Below are positions 9,140 to 18,050 of a stretch of DNA of 41,870 bases, piece after piece. Location of the stretch: the NCBI GenBank assembly GCA_964014485.1, contig CAXHAT010000053.1, forward strand, positions 1-41,870, read 5' to 3'. Both the position numbers and the translations under genes were made by a program. The notes below the pieces were generated by a model that was given only the letters and a program-made list of their open reading frames with translations, searched no databases and had not been told where the DNA came from. The DNA comes from an uncultured Deferribacteres bacterium. GTDB taxonomy: Bacteria; Zhuqueibacterota; Zhuqueibacteria; Zhuqueibacterales; Geothermadaptataceae. The number at the start of each line of letters is the position of its first letter. Positions within the stretch are counted from its first letter, which is position 1.

Positions 9140-10484
9140 AGCCTGTGAATCTAAATCCGTCGATCCGAAGCGGCGGTACAACCATGAGTTGTCTCGATTC
9201 GATATCCCAGGTTCTCTCAGCCTTTCCTAAAGCGTCGATTCTCGAAAAGACATTGTACAAACTTTCATTGAACCGCAAATCATCAAGTCTTCCAGTAATG
9301 CGCCCGTCTTCAATCAAAAACGCGCCGTCTCTGGTCAAACCCGTCACGGTCAATTGCCCGGGATCGACAAGGCGAGTATACCAAAATCTGGAAACGTAGA
9401 CCCCGCGTTTTGTCGATTTGATCATCTCATCGACAGAACTTTCCCCCCCTTGCATAACAAGGTTTTGAGGTATTGCGCCATAAGGGTTGGGCAGCGCTAA
9501 ACTATGTCCGGTTGGTTCTTCAGACATCCGCAGCGCCGACGACCGCGAATGCACCAACTGAGCAAGAACGCCCTGAAAAATCAGTATGACTGGCATCGTC
9601 GGCATGCCTTCGCCGTCAAACGGAACGCCTTGCATCAGCGGATGAAAAACGTCGTCATCAAGAGTAAAATTTTCTCCAAACACCCGCTCGCCAATGCGCC
9701 CTGCGACTATTCCTTCATTGTTGATCACTGCCGAACCGCTGAAGTGGCTGATTTGAGAAACATAATCGATGATCAGAAGCGAGAGCAGGGAGAGCACGGC
9801 CAATGGATCGAGCACAACCGCATATTCGCCGGGCGAAATCCGTCTCGTTTTGAATGGCTCTCTAAGCTGAGACGTGGCTCGTTTTGCCGTCAGGACGGGG
9901 TCGATCTTTTCCATATCCGGCGAATTCACAGTAGAAAATCCAGTATTTCCGTTCTCATTTATTGCGACGAGATTGAGCGTAGCCCCAGTAGTCTTTGTGT
10001 GTGCAAAAAGTCCTTGAGAATTAGCGACTGCGAGCGACTGAGTTTCGGTTTCAACCTGTCCAGTATATGAAATGGAACGGTCTTGCTCATTTTCAACTAT
10101 TTGCTTGATGAGTTCAACATTTTTTCCAGGCGTTGAACCGGCGGTGCTTTCAAAATAGGCGTTTGTCGTCAGATATTTTTGCACGCCAGGCAACGGGAGT
10201 ATATTCTCATCGACTGCGGCGTTTCTTGCAAGCTTGAGCGCATTCTCACAACATGTCGTCAAAGAACTGCTGTTGAGGCGATTTGTTACCGCACGTCCCA
10301 TGCGTCCGTCCTTCACAACGCGAATTGCGATATCCAAATCATCTTCCGCAAAATTTTGCGTCACGTCAGAGCGGGAAAAGCGCGACAAGATTCTCGACTG
10401 TCGCCGAATGGTGACCTCAGTCATTCTGGCCGGAGACAATTTGAAAACTTTGTCAAAAATTGCCTTCGCCTTTGTTCTATCCAT
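9126..10484 (-). CDS. TldE/PmbA family protein
   Basis: PGEYAVVLDP, PFDGEG, TGHS, TGLTRDG, LRFNES; ATG at 10484 overlaps the tldD stop region. Confidence 0.9.
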   Translation of the reverse strand: MDRTKAKAIFDKVFKLSPARMTEVTIRRQSRILSRFSRSDVTQNFAEDDLDIAIRVVKDGRMGRAVTNRLNSSSLTTCCENALKLARNAAVDENILPLPGVQKYLTTNAYFESTAGSTPGKNVELIKQIVENEQDRSISYTGQVETETQSLAVANSQGLFAHTKTTGATLNLVAINENGNTGFSTVNSPDMEKIDPVLTAKRATSQLREPFKTRRISPGEYAVVLDPLAVLSLLSLLIIDYVSQISHFSGSAVINNEGIVAGRIGERVFGENFTLDDDVFHPLMQGVPFDGEGMPTMPVILIFQGVLAQLVHSRSSALRMSEEPTGHSLALPNPYGAIPQNLVMQGGESSVDEMIKSTKRGVYVSRFWYTRLVDPGQLTVTGLTRDGAFLIEDGRITGRLDDLRFNESLYNVFSRIDALGKAERTWDIESRQLMVVPPLRIDGFRFTGSTKD

Positions 10485-11934
10485 TCTTTCCGCTCCCCAC
10501 ATTCACCTTGCGAAATCGCGCCGGGGCTGCTCCTACCGAGGAAGAAATAATCTGTTCCGGCTGGCCTTTGCCAAAATTTGACGATCCCCACGTTTTCCAT
10601 TCATTTTTGTCGCAGACGGCGTCACAAGATCGCCAAAACTCCAGCGCAGCGCCTTGGTAAACAGGGTTCTTCAACATGCGTCCGCGTTTGCCGTTTCGGA
10701 TTTCCCAGCCGATCTCAGTGCCGAATTGAAAATTGTGGCGATGATCGTCAATACTCCAGCTCTTGTTCGTTTCTAATAAAACTCCGTTTTTCGTGTCTTC
10801 AATCAGCTCGTCCAGAGACTTATCTCCCGGAGCGATGTTAATATTTGTCATCCGGATAATAGGAATTCGATTCCAGTTTGACGCTCTGGCATGGCCGGTG
10901 CTTTTTTCATTATCGATCAGCGGAGCCGTATTTCTGGAAGTCATAAAACTGGTAAAAACGCCGTCTTTAATCAAATCCGTGCGATGTGCCGGCACGCCCT
11001 CATCATCATAAACGTATCCGCCTGCGCCACTCGAATTTTTTGCGCCCGGGTCGGTAAAGACATTGAGCGTTTCATTGCCAAAAGCCAAATTCGAACGATG
11101 CTCGAGATCCAGGAAGCTCGTACCGGAAAAATTAGCTTCATAGCCGAGAATGCGATCTAGTTCAGCCGGTTGCCCGCATGTTTGGTGGAGTTGAATTGCC
11201 AACTGCGAACTGTCCAAAATGACGTCGCACGTTTGCGGCGGGCAAGCTGGGGCGGTAAGGAGCGCGACGGCTTCTTCAGAAACGCGTCCTGCGTTTTCAA
11301 TCCAGGGCCAGTGAAGCATCAACTCGAATCCGGCGGCTTCCCACTGGCCGCCAAAAGAGTTTGGATATGATCTGACCTGAATATCCTTTCCGTTAGAAGC
11401 GATGACCACATAACCGCACCCGCTGGAACAATTTTTTTGATAAATCCTGCTGCCTTCAAGATTACCAAAATACTGCTCTCGCATCTGAAACCCCATTTCT
11501 CCGAGAACGGTTTTGACGCCTTTGACTTTGAAGCATTCCTCTTGAATCTTCTCAAAAAAATGAAGCTTTTCTTCAAGCGGAACACGAAAAGGGTCTTGGC
11601 GGATGGGTTGTTTCCAGGAGTCAATGTGGACGGATTCCCGCGCTCTCGAAAACATTCGCGGGTTGAGAGCCGCGCTAGATTCCGCCACTTCAAAAGCGCG
11701 CGCTACGACTTTTTCCAATGAAGGCTTGTCCAGCTTGTAACTACATGCAAATCCCCATCCGTCATCCAGGCACACATTGACTCCTACGCCTTGAATGTCG
11801 ATCGAAGACAAGCGCACCGGAACGCCGTTCCTAACCTGAATCTCCTCATTTTTGTTGCTGACGATTCGCACATCCGCGGCTTTTGCGCCGCGAGAGTTGG
11901 CAATATCGATCACAAACTCTACAAGGTTATTCAT
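10477..11934 (-). CDS. TldD family protein with degenerate metal site
   Basis: TldD motifs ELDRILGYEANFSGTSF, YDDEGV, PIIRMTN, SWSIDD..NFQFG, GKGQP; HExxGH appears as HQTCGQ and CGKGQP as FGKGQP. Confidence 0.9.
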   Translation of the reverse strand: MNNLVEFVIDIANSRGAKAADVRIVSNKNEEIQVRNGVPVRLSSIDIQGVGVNVCLDDGWGFACSYKLDKPSLEKVVARAFEVAESSAALNPRMFSRARESVHIDSWKQPIRQDPFRVPLEEKLHFFEKIQEECFKVKGVKTVLGEMGFQMREQYFGNLEGSRIYQKNCSSGCGYVVIASNGKDIQVRSYPNSFGGQWEAAGFELMLHWPWIENAGRVSEEAVALLTAPACPPQTCDVILDSSQLAIQLHQTCGQPAELDRILGYEANFSGTSFLDLEHRSNLAFGNETLNVFTDPGAKNSSGAGGYVYDDEGVPAHRTDLIKDGVFTSFMTSRNTAPLIDNEKSTGHARASNWNRIPIIRMTNINIAPGDKSLDELIEDTKNGVLLETNKSWSIDDHRHNFQFGTEIGWEIRNGKRGRMLKNPVYQGAALEFWRSCDAVCDKNEWKTWGSSNFGKGQPEQIISSSVGAAPARFRKVNVGSGKNG

Positions 11935-12097
11935 GCCATTGCTCTGCGCTAGATTTTTGTTTCATAAAAGTTCTTACGGGGGTCAAGTAGGTGCAGCAAT
12001 TACGACGGCGACCAAGCTAACGAAAGCGCGAACGCGATGCAATGCAATTCTATTGTCGGCGCCTTTACAAGCTGAAGCAACTTTCACAAATCCGATC

Positions 12098-13453
12098 TCA
12101 GAATCCCCGACTTTTTTCGGGTCTGCGAGGCTGCAACATTTCAGAAATCTTCACAAATTCATAACCGTTTTTCTTGAGAAAAGTAATCAGCTCCGGCAGA
12201 ATTTGATGAATTTTCTCCGATTTACGCATGGTGCCTAGATGCATCAAAACGACGCCGCCGTTTAAAACTGATTTCACGGAATCAGCAGCCAGAGCCTTGA
12301 ATTTGCGCAAGACATCCTCCGGCGTCTGATACATAGGAGACAGCGTGTCGGCGACCCAATCCATCGTATCTAAACTAGGCGAAGCGGCGCTTCCGAGCGT
12401 CCAGCCGATGTGTCGAAAACCCGTTTCCGCTGCCCATTTCCTTATTTCTTCATTGTGTTCACCGTAAGGCGCTCTCCAAATTCTCTGCATTTTCCTTCCG
12501 GTCAGGTTGAAAAAAGCCTCTTCCGTCCGCCGAAGCTCATTTTGAAGTGAATCACGCGTTAGAAACGGCAGGGTAATTTGGCGCTGGTTTCGAGCATAGC
12601 TGGTCAAGCGCAAGTGGCTCCACGTATGGTTGCCGATTTCATGTCCGGCAGCTAACATATCGCTAACGCGCTGAGGATATTTTTCAATGAACCCGCCCGT
12701 CAAAAACATGGTCGCGTTGACATCGTACATTTCAAGAGATTCCAGAATCTCATCCGTCGCATTATCAAGAAATCCGCCGTCGAATGTAAGGGCGATTTGT
12801 GCGCTTTCCAGAACCCCTCTGGTAAAATCTTCCGAGGTTACTTCTAAATGAATCTCGTTGGCTGCAATCGGCTCTTTCTCTGGATGCGAAAGTGGTTGAG
12901 GCAAGCCCTGGTCAATCGAAGCGGCGGGTTTCGGAACAGGCGTGAAAACAAGGGCTTCTTCATTTTTGGTTTCAAACAATTTTCGCGATAGAAAAGAATC
13001 AGCAAGGATTGATGATCTACGCCTCCAATCGATTTTTGTCGAAAGATTGAAATTGAGATCGGAATCAAAGGCGGTTATTGAACGAACGGCGGCGGGTTTT
13101 CTTGAAAAGAATTCGTTAATTTGATGTGCAAAACGCTCATAAACAAAATTAAGGCTAAAAGCTGCGAAGGCTAAACAAAACAACTTTAAGGCAACCGGCC
13201 TAGCCATCTCGCCTTTCTTTCGAAAATCGTTCGGCAGGTCGCGAATTCGCTGCTTAATCGCATGTTTTCGAGTGCAATCTTGCGAACAAAAAGCTAATTC
13301 CTGCAAAAACGTTATACACGAATTGCAAATTGGTTTGCGGCAATAACAACATCGTTCCGCCGCAGCGCGTCGAGAATGATTCGCACATGTGCTGTGCACG
13401 CTCTCTGAAAAAAGCGGCGTTCTGCTCATTGTCTTCGAATATCCTTCTTTCAC
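12098..13453 (-). CDS. Membrane-anchored polysaccharide deacetylase (NodB/CE4) with N-terminal Cys-rich zinc finger
   Basis: ALTFDGG, HEIGNHTWSH, WRAPYG, VLMH; N-terminal CANH...CCYC...CNSC...CSQDC followed by one TM; exact start uncertain. Confidence 0.85.
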   Translation of the reverse strand: MKEGYSKTMSRTPLFSESVHSTCANHSRRAAAERCCYCRKPICNSCITFLQELAFCSQDCTRKHAIKQRIRDLPNDFRKKGEMARPVALKLFCLAFAAFSLNFVYERFAHQINEFFSRKPAAVRSITAFDSDLNFNLSTKIDWRRRSSILADSFLSRKLFETKNEEALVFTPVPKPAASIDQGLPQPLSHPEKEPIAANEIHLEVTSEDFTRGVLESAQIALTFDGGFLDNATDEILESLEMYDVNATMFLTGGFIEKYPQRVSDMLAAGHEIGNHTWSHLRLTSYARNQRQITLPFLTRDSLQNELRRTEEAFFNLTGRKMQRIWRAPYGEHNEEIRKWAAETGFRHIGWTLGSAASPSLDTMDWVADTLSPMYQTPEDVLRKFKALAADSVKSVLNGGVVLMHLGTMRKSEKIHQILPELITFLKKNGYEFVKISEMLQPRRPEKSRGF

Positions 13454-13621
13454 CTCAAAAACCAGCTCAAACTATAGACCCAAAGCGCGCTTCATCAAAA
13501 GAACTAAACCGTTACGCCCACCTTTTTGTACCAGCCGAAACCGTCAATTGGTTAGATGATTCACTGAAAAGCGGTTATTAAGCATCTACTGTTCCATAAA
13601 TTTGTCTCTATGCGGAATTAG

Positions 13622-13650
13622 TTGCAGCAGCAGGAGAATTGGTTTATTAT
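13622..13650 (+). promoter_or_regulatory. Possible sigma70 promoter of glgC
   Basis: TTGCAG (13622-13627), 17 nt, TATTAT (13645-13650). Confidence 0.4.
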
Positions 13651-13721
13651 AACTGACGCTTTTGCCGGAGTTGGGGCAATCGTTGATTAGTTCGCGTCGC
13701 TTTGAAAATCAGGAGAACAAC

Positions 13722-15008
13722 ATGAGAAAGAATGTCATAGCAATTATCTTGGCAGGAGGGCAAGGAACGAGACTCTGGCCTTTAACCGAAAAACGGGCGA
13801 AACCAGCCGTTCCCATAGCGGGGAAATTCAGACTGATCGATATTTCTTTCAGCAATTGCTTGCATTCAGATATCCGAAAAATGTTTGTTCTCACCCAGTT
13901 TGCGTCGGAGTCACTCCACCGCCACATCAGCCAAACTTACCCGTTTCCGTCCTGGTCAACCGGTTTTGTCACCATTCTCGCGGCCCAGCAAACGGCAAAA
14001 AACAAAGCCTGGTACCAGGGCACGGCGGACGCTGTTCGTCAAAATTTGAGTTATCTCGACCAAAGCGGCATTGACGAATACTTGATTCTCAGCGGGGATC
14101 ATTTGTATCGAATGGACTATCGGGAAATGCTCAAAGCGCATCGTGAAGCGGGCGCGGCGGTAAGCGTTGCGGTGTTGCCCGTAAAACGCGAAGAGGCTCA
14201 TCACTTTGGCGTTTTGAAAACGGATGACGAGGGACGAATCAGCGATTTCTACGAGAAACCCGGCACGCCGGAATTGCTGGACGCTTACTCGCCGAACAAG
14301 CACTGGCTGGAAAATCAAGGCTCGTCCGATTTGGAAAACAAAATGCTGGCTTCCATGGGCATCTACGTTTTTTCTAAAGAGGCGTTGTTTGAAATTCTGG
14401 AAACAAGTTCTGAGATTGATTTCGGCAAAGGGATTTTCCCGCAAGCGATTCAAAATTACAAAGTCTGCGCCCACTTGTTCGACGGATATTGGGAAGACAT
14501 TGGAACCATCAAGGCTTTCTATGAATCAATGATTGCTCTCACTGATCCTCAGCCCAGCTTCGATTTTTATAACGAACATTGGCCGATTTTTACGCACGCC
14601 CGTTTTCTTCCCGGGGCGCGAGTGCATGATTGCAAGATTACTGAAAGCGTAATTTGTGACGCAGCGAGGATGCGTAATGCGCAAATCCACAAGAGCGTGA
14701 TCGGCATCCGAAGCATGATCCGCGAAGGTTCTCGCCTGGATCATGTCGTCATGATGGGAGCTGATATTGCTGAAAATCATGAGGAAGAAAAGAAAAGCAA
14801 CGGTGGCGGAAAGCCTCCTTTGGGCATTGGCGACGGATGTAAGATTGAGAACGCGATTATCGATAAAAACGTCAGAATTGGACGTAATGTTCGCGCGCTG
14901 GCCAAAGACAGGCCAATGGAAGCGACTGGAGAATTTTACGCGATCCGCGACGGCATTTTGATCATCCCCAAAAGCGCGGTCATTCCAGATAATACCGTGA
15001 TTTCCTGA
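13722..15008 (+). CDS. glgC: Glucose-1-phosphate adenylyltransferase
   Basis: ILAGGQGTRLWPLTEKRAKPAVP, WYQGTADAVRQ, ILSGDHLYRMDY, ASMGIYVF, YWEDIGT; AGGAG RBS before the ATG at 13722. Confidence 0.96.
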   Translation: MRKNVIAIILAGGQGTRLWPLTEKRAKPAVPIAGKFRLIDISFSNCLHSDIRKMFVLTQFASESLHRHISQTYPFPSWSTGFVTILAAQQTAKNKAWYQGTADAVRQNLSYLDQSGIDEYLILSGDHLYRMDYREMLKAHREAGAAVSVAVLPVKREEAHHFGVLKTDDEGRISDFYEKPGTPELLDAYSPNKHWLENQGSSDLENKMLASMGIYVFSKEALFEILETSSEIDFGKGIFPQAIQNYKVCAHLFDGYWEDIGTIKAFYESMIALTDPQPSFDFYNEHWPIFTHARFLPGARVHDCKITESVICDAARMRNAQIHKSVIGIRSMIREGSRLDHVVMMGADIAENHEEEKKSNGGGKPPLGIGDGCKIENAIIDKNVRIGRNVRALAKDRPMEATGEFYAIRDGILIIPKSAVIPDNTVIS

Positions 15009-15013
15009 ATGCC

Positions 15014-15040
15014 GCGCCCTTAAAATTCAGGGCCGCTTTT
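15014..15040 (+). terminator. Possible intrinsic terminator after glgC
   Basis: Imperfect GCGCCCT / AGGGCCGC stem followed by TTTT. Confidence 0.4.
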
Positions 15041-15051
15041 GTGTTAATTCA

Positions 15052-15248
15052 CTACCTGACATTTTTTGTATAGGCTTCTAAAGCTGGCGAAAAAGGCCGG
15101 AATTGTCATGCGGAAAGCATCTTTGTTGATCCAACCCTTGAACTTTTGAGCATGATCCGTACTGGGCGATAACAAAGATTCCTTCTGAATGACACAACGG
15201 GGCCTTTCGACGGCCCGAAAATGCAGTTTATAAAAAAGTGTCAGGTAG
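15052..15248 (-). mobile_element. MITE-like element, copy 1 (197 bp)
   Basis: Terminal inverted repeats CTACCTGACA...TGTCAGGTAG; colinear inverted copy at 17836-18032, about 90% identical by hand count. Confidence 0.85.
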
Positions 15249-15317
15249 AGAGTGTGTTCATACGCCAACGCTTCCTTGCGAATCGAAATATTGTCGTTTT
15301 GCAAGGAAGCGTTTTTG

Positions 15318-17489
15318 TCACTGAACGATCAGCCTCGTGCTCAGCAGACGAACCCGCCCCGTGGAATCGGTTGCTTTGACGCGCAGAAAGTACATGCCCG
15401 CAGCGACTCCTCGCGGCAAATCACGAATCGAGGTCGTGAAAGCCCCGGCTGGAAGCTGTGTCGGCTCTGAACGATAAACTTCCTGGCCGAGCAGATTGTA
15501 GACGCCAAACTCGATTTGCGAAGGTTTTTCCAGTTGCATTGAAACGCGAAAACCGCCTCCAACGCGAACGGGATTCGGATAAATCGGCGATAGCGAAAAA
15601 GCCTGCGGCGCCGCTGGATGCGTCCCAGGAATATTTGTGACAACGTCGCCTGTCAGACCATCGACGAAAAACGTTGCAACGATCTCTTCGCCGAAATTGA
15701 ACTTGCCGTATCGCACAAGCCAGACCAATTGATCAGGGTTACTTTGATTCAGGCCAAAAGCGAGCATGGCTTCAACGAGAACCGTCGGATCGGCGGTTCG
15801 AATGGCCGCTCCGCCTTCGGCTTCAGCAACGGCGATCGCCGCATCACTGTCGATAAAATTTTCAGGCACGGGGCGAGTTGTAGACCAGCCTTCAATTTCT
15901 TCTTCCCCCACGACCAGGCCGTTTGACAAAATAACCTGAAAAAACGAATCTTCAGAAGCCGAATGGAAAATAAACGACCAAAACGTCGCGTCGCCTTCCG
16001 AGTTCAAATTTGGAGTGGTAAACAGAAAAGAAGTCGCCGCCACGCCCACGAGTTGAGCGTCGCCCGCCGTTTCAATGGCCGTTGCTGAAGCAACGGAAGC
16101 GTTAATTTTTGCGGTTGAAAAACCGGGGCCGATCTGAATCGGTTCGCCGGTGACCATGTGAACGCCGATAATAAAAAAGCCTTCTAACGCCCCGCCGCCA
16201 ATTGGCTCTGCAGCCGCTTCAAAAATAAACATCCACATCGGCTCAGCTTCAAGCTGCGCCAGTGCGTTGCGTTGATCGTCGGTCAGCTTCTTAGCCAAAT
16301 GTGTAAACGACTTGCCTCGGCGGCGTTTTGCCGGTTCATCATCGTCTCCACCGAAAAAGAATTCCGCCGGATCTGCGTTCATACCGATCACGTTAATGCT
16401 GACTTCACCGTTTGCGTCGATAAATTCCTGGCCCCCGTTTTCCAGCGCCGTCGTCAATGCCGCGTCGGAGTCGATTCGCGTCGTCGGTAGCGGATCGATC
16501 AGGAATTCTTCAAATCCGCTATCTTCGTCGTCTCCGCTGTCCGGCGATCCAGGCAAGCAGAGTACGCTTGATGCAAAGAAACCGAGATGACGTTGCAAGG
16601 AAGCCGAGTAGTAAATATATGTCCAAAAGAAAGATTTACCGGTTTCAGCACCAAGGTCGGCTCCCGCGATCCCGACCGCCTGAGCGTCTGCAGCGACGGC
16701 CTGCGCGGCGACAGTCAGCTTGGCGTCGTATGCGTTGGCCGTCATCGTATCCAGGTTTTCCAGAGCGAAATCAACGCCGGTTTTGGCTTCTCCTTCGTTT
16801 AGTGAAAAAACGTCGGCAAAATTGTCGTCGTCCTGATCATATCCGCCCAAAGCGTCGCCGTCTTCAGGATTCGGATCGCCGTCGCCGTTAACGTCCAAAA
16901 TTGCAAAAACTGCGTATTCGCCGGGAGGGACAAATTCAATCGTGTAGTCGCCGCTTTCATTTGAAACCGCGAAACAGCTATTCGTTTCACCGTCAAAGAA
17001 AGCGCCTTCAAATGCGGAAACCAATGCGTTTGCGGAAGAGCCGCCGCTATTGGTTATTTTTCCGGAAATCGAGCCTGCAGGCAGTGCTGCGCCAGTGGTG
17101 AAAGTCGCGACGACGGGTTTGTCCAGTGAATCGCCCGTGGCGCTCCAAGCGCCTGAAACGACCAACGTATACTTTGTGTTCGCTCTTAATTCAACCGCTA
17201 AAGAAACTGTTCTGTCGTCTGCGGAAATGGTTGGAAATGCGTTTTCGGTTTCAGCGCTGTCAGGATGAAGTTCGATCTCAAAAGGGAAATCGCCGCTTTC
17301 AAACGGATCAAAACCGGCAAGATCGAGTGATTGGCTGAATTCAACGGAAAGGGTTGTGCTTAAATCGACGTTGACACTGCCATGCGCGGGCGTCACATTG
17401 TTTACGGTAAATTGCGCAAAGGCGTGAGAAAAAGAGAAGAAGACAACGAGTGTGGAAAAAAGAAAGATTGGTAATCGAAACCTTTTCAT
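15318..17489 (-). CDS. Secreted protein: Ig-like domain, carboxypeptidase-regulatory-like domain, duplicated unknown module, T9SS-type C-terminal sorting domain
   Basis: Signal peptide ending AFA; VTPAHGSVNV..VEFS Ig-like start; DVNGDGD acidic loop; repeated IDSDAA motif; C-terminal IYPNP..VYNLLGQEV..GMYFLRV. Confidence 0.85.
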   Translation of the reverse strand: MKRFRLPIFLFSTLVVFFSFSHAFAQFTVNNVTPAHGSVNVDLSTTLSVEFSQSLDLAGFDPFESGDFPFEIELHPDSAETENAFPTISADDRTVSLAVELRANTKYTLVVSGAWSATGDSLDKPVVATFTTGAALPAGSISGKITNSGGSSANALVSAFEGAFFDGETNSCFAVSNESGDYTIEFVPPGEYAVFAILDVNGDGDPNPEDGDALGGYDQDDDNFADVFSLNEGEAKTGVDFALENLDTMTANAYDAKLTVAAQAVAADAQAVGIAGADLGAETGKSFFWTYIYYSASLQRHLGFFASSVLCLPGSPDSGDDEDSGFEEFLIDPLPTTRIDSDAALTTALENGGQEFIDANGEVSINVIGMNADPAEFFFGGDDDEPAKRRRGKSFTHLAKKLTDDQRNALAQLEAEPMWMFIFEAAAEPIGGGALEGFFIIGVHMVTGEPIQIGPGFSTAKINASVASATAIETAGDAQLVGVAATSFLFTTPNLNSEGDATFWSFIFHSASEDSFFQVILSNGLVVGEEEIEGWSTTRPVPENFIDSDAAIAVAEAEGGAAIRTADPTVLVEAMLAFGLNQSNPDQLVWLVRYGKFNFGEEIVATFFVDGLTGDVVTNIPGTHPAAPQAFSLSPIYPNPVRVGGGFRVSMQLEKPSQIEFGVYNLLGQEVYRSEPTQLPAGAFTTSIRDLPRGVAAGMYFLRVKATDSTGRVRLLSTRLIVQ

Positions 17490-17835
17490 GGGCGGGAACC
17501 TCTTTGTTCAAGGTGGAAATAAGAATTCGGCTTGTTCAGCTCCCCTTCCTTGTTCAATCCGATTCCGCTATAAGTTCCGATTTCTGAAGATCCGATCCTT
17601 CTCCGATTCCGTATTGAACTGAACAAGCCGAATGACGACAGCATCGTACAAGACAAGCTTGTCCGATTCCCCTGTCGCCGTTTCTTAATCGACATATCTT
17701 ATATCTCCCAGTTTTGGTTGATGCAGACGCGGAAAAACGTAAAATAAATTCTCGTAGGCTAAACGTTTCATTAAAGTTTTGTCATTCAAAGCGAATCAAA
17801 TTTCTACTATAAATTCTTTCAATAACTTGACATCT

Positions 17836-18032
17836 CTACCTGACACTGTTTTGTAAACTACATTTGCGATCCGTCGGAAGGCCCCGTTTTATCATTCTGA
17901 AGGAATCTTTGTTATCGCCCAGTACGGATCATGCTCAAATGTTCAAGGGTTGGATAAAAAAAAATGCTTCCAGCATGACAATTCCGGCCTTTTTCGCCAG
18001 TATTAGAAGCCTTTACAAAAAGTGTCAGGTAG
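17836..18032 (+). mobile_element. MITE-like element, copy 2 (197 bp) with flanking 12-bp direct repeat
   Basis: Same TIRs as copy 1; AATAACTTGACA occurs at 17821-17832 and 18035-18046. Confidence 0.87.
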
Positions 18033-18050
18033 TGAATAACTTGACAAAAA

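Noticed and set aside
15044..15304. Similar small ORFs at 15044-15304 (-) and 17864-18079 (+) that look like a paralogous pair
   Set aside because: The similarity comes entirely from the MITE copies; starts and stops fall at different places and no RBS is evident.
17486..17695. 69-aa ORF upstream of the secreted protein
   Set aside because: No recognisable motif or clear RBS; more likely untranslated leader or promoter DNA.
15052..18032. Composite transposon carrying the secreted-protein gene
   Set aside because: The direct repeat flanks copy 2 alone rather than the whole unit, and no transposase is present.
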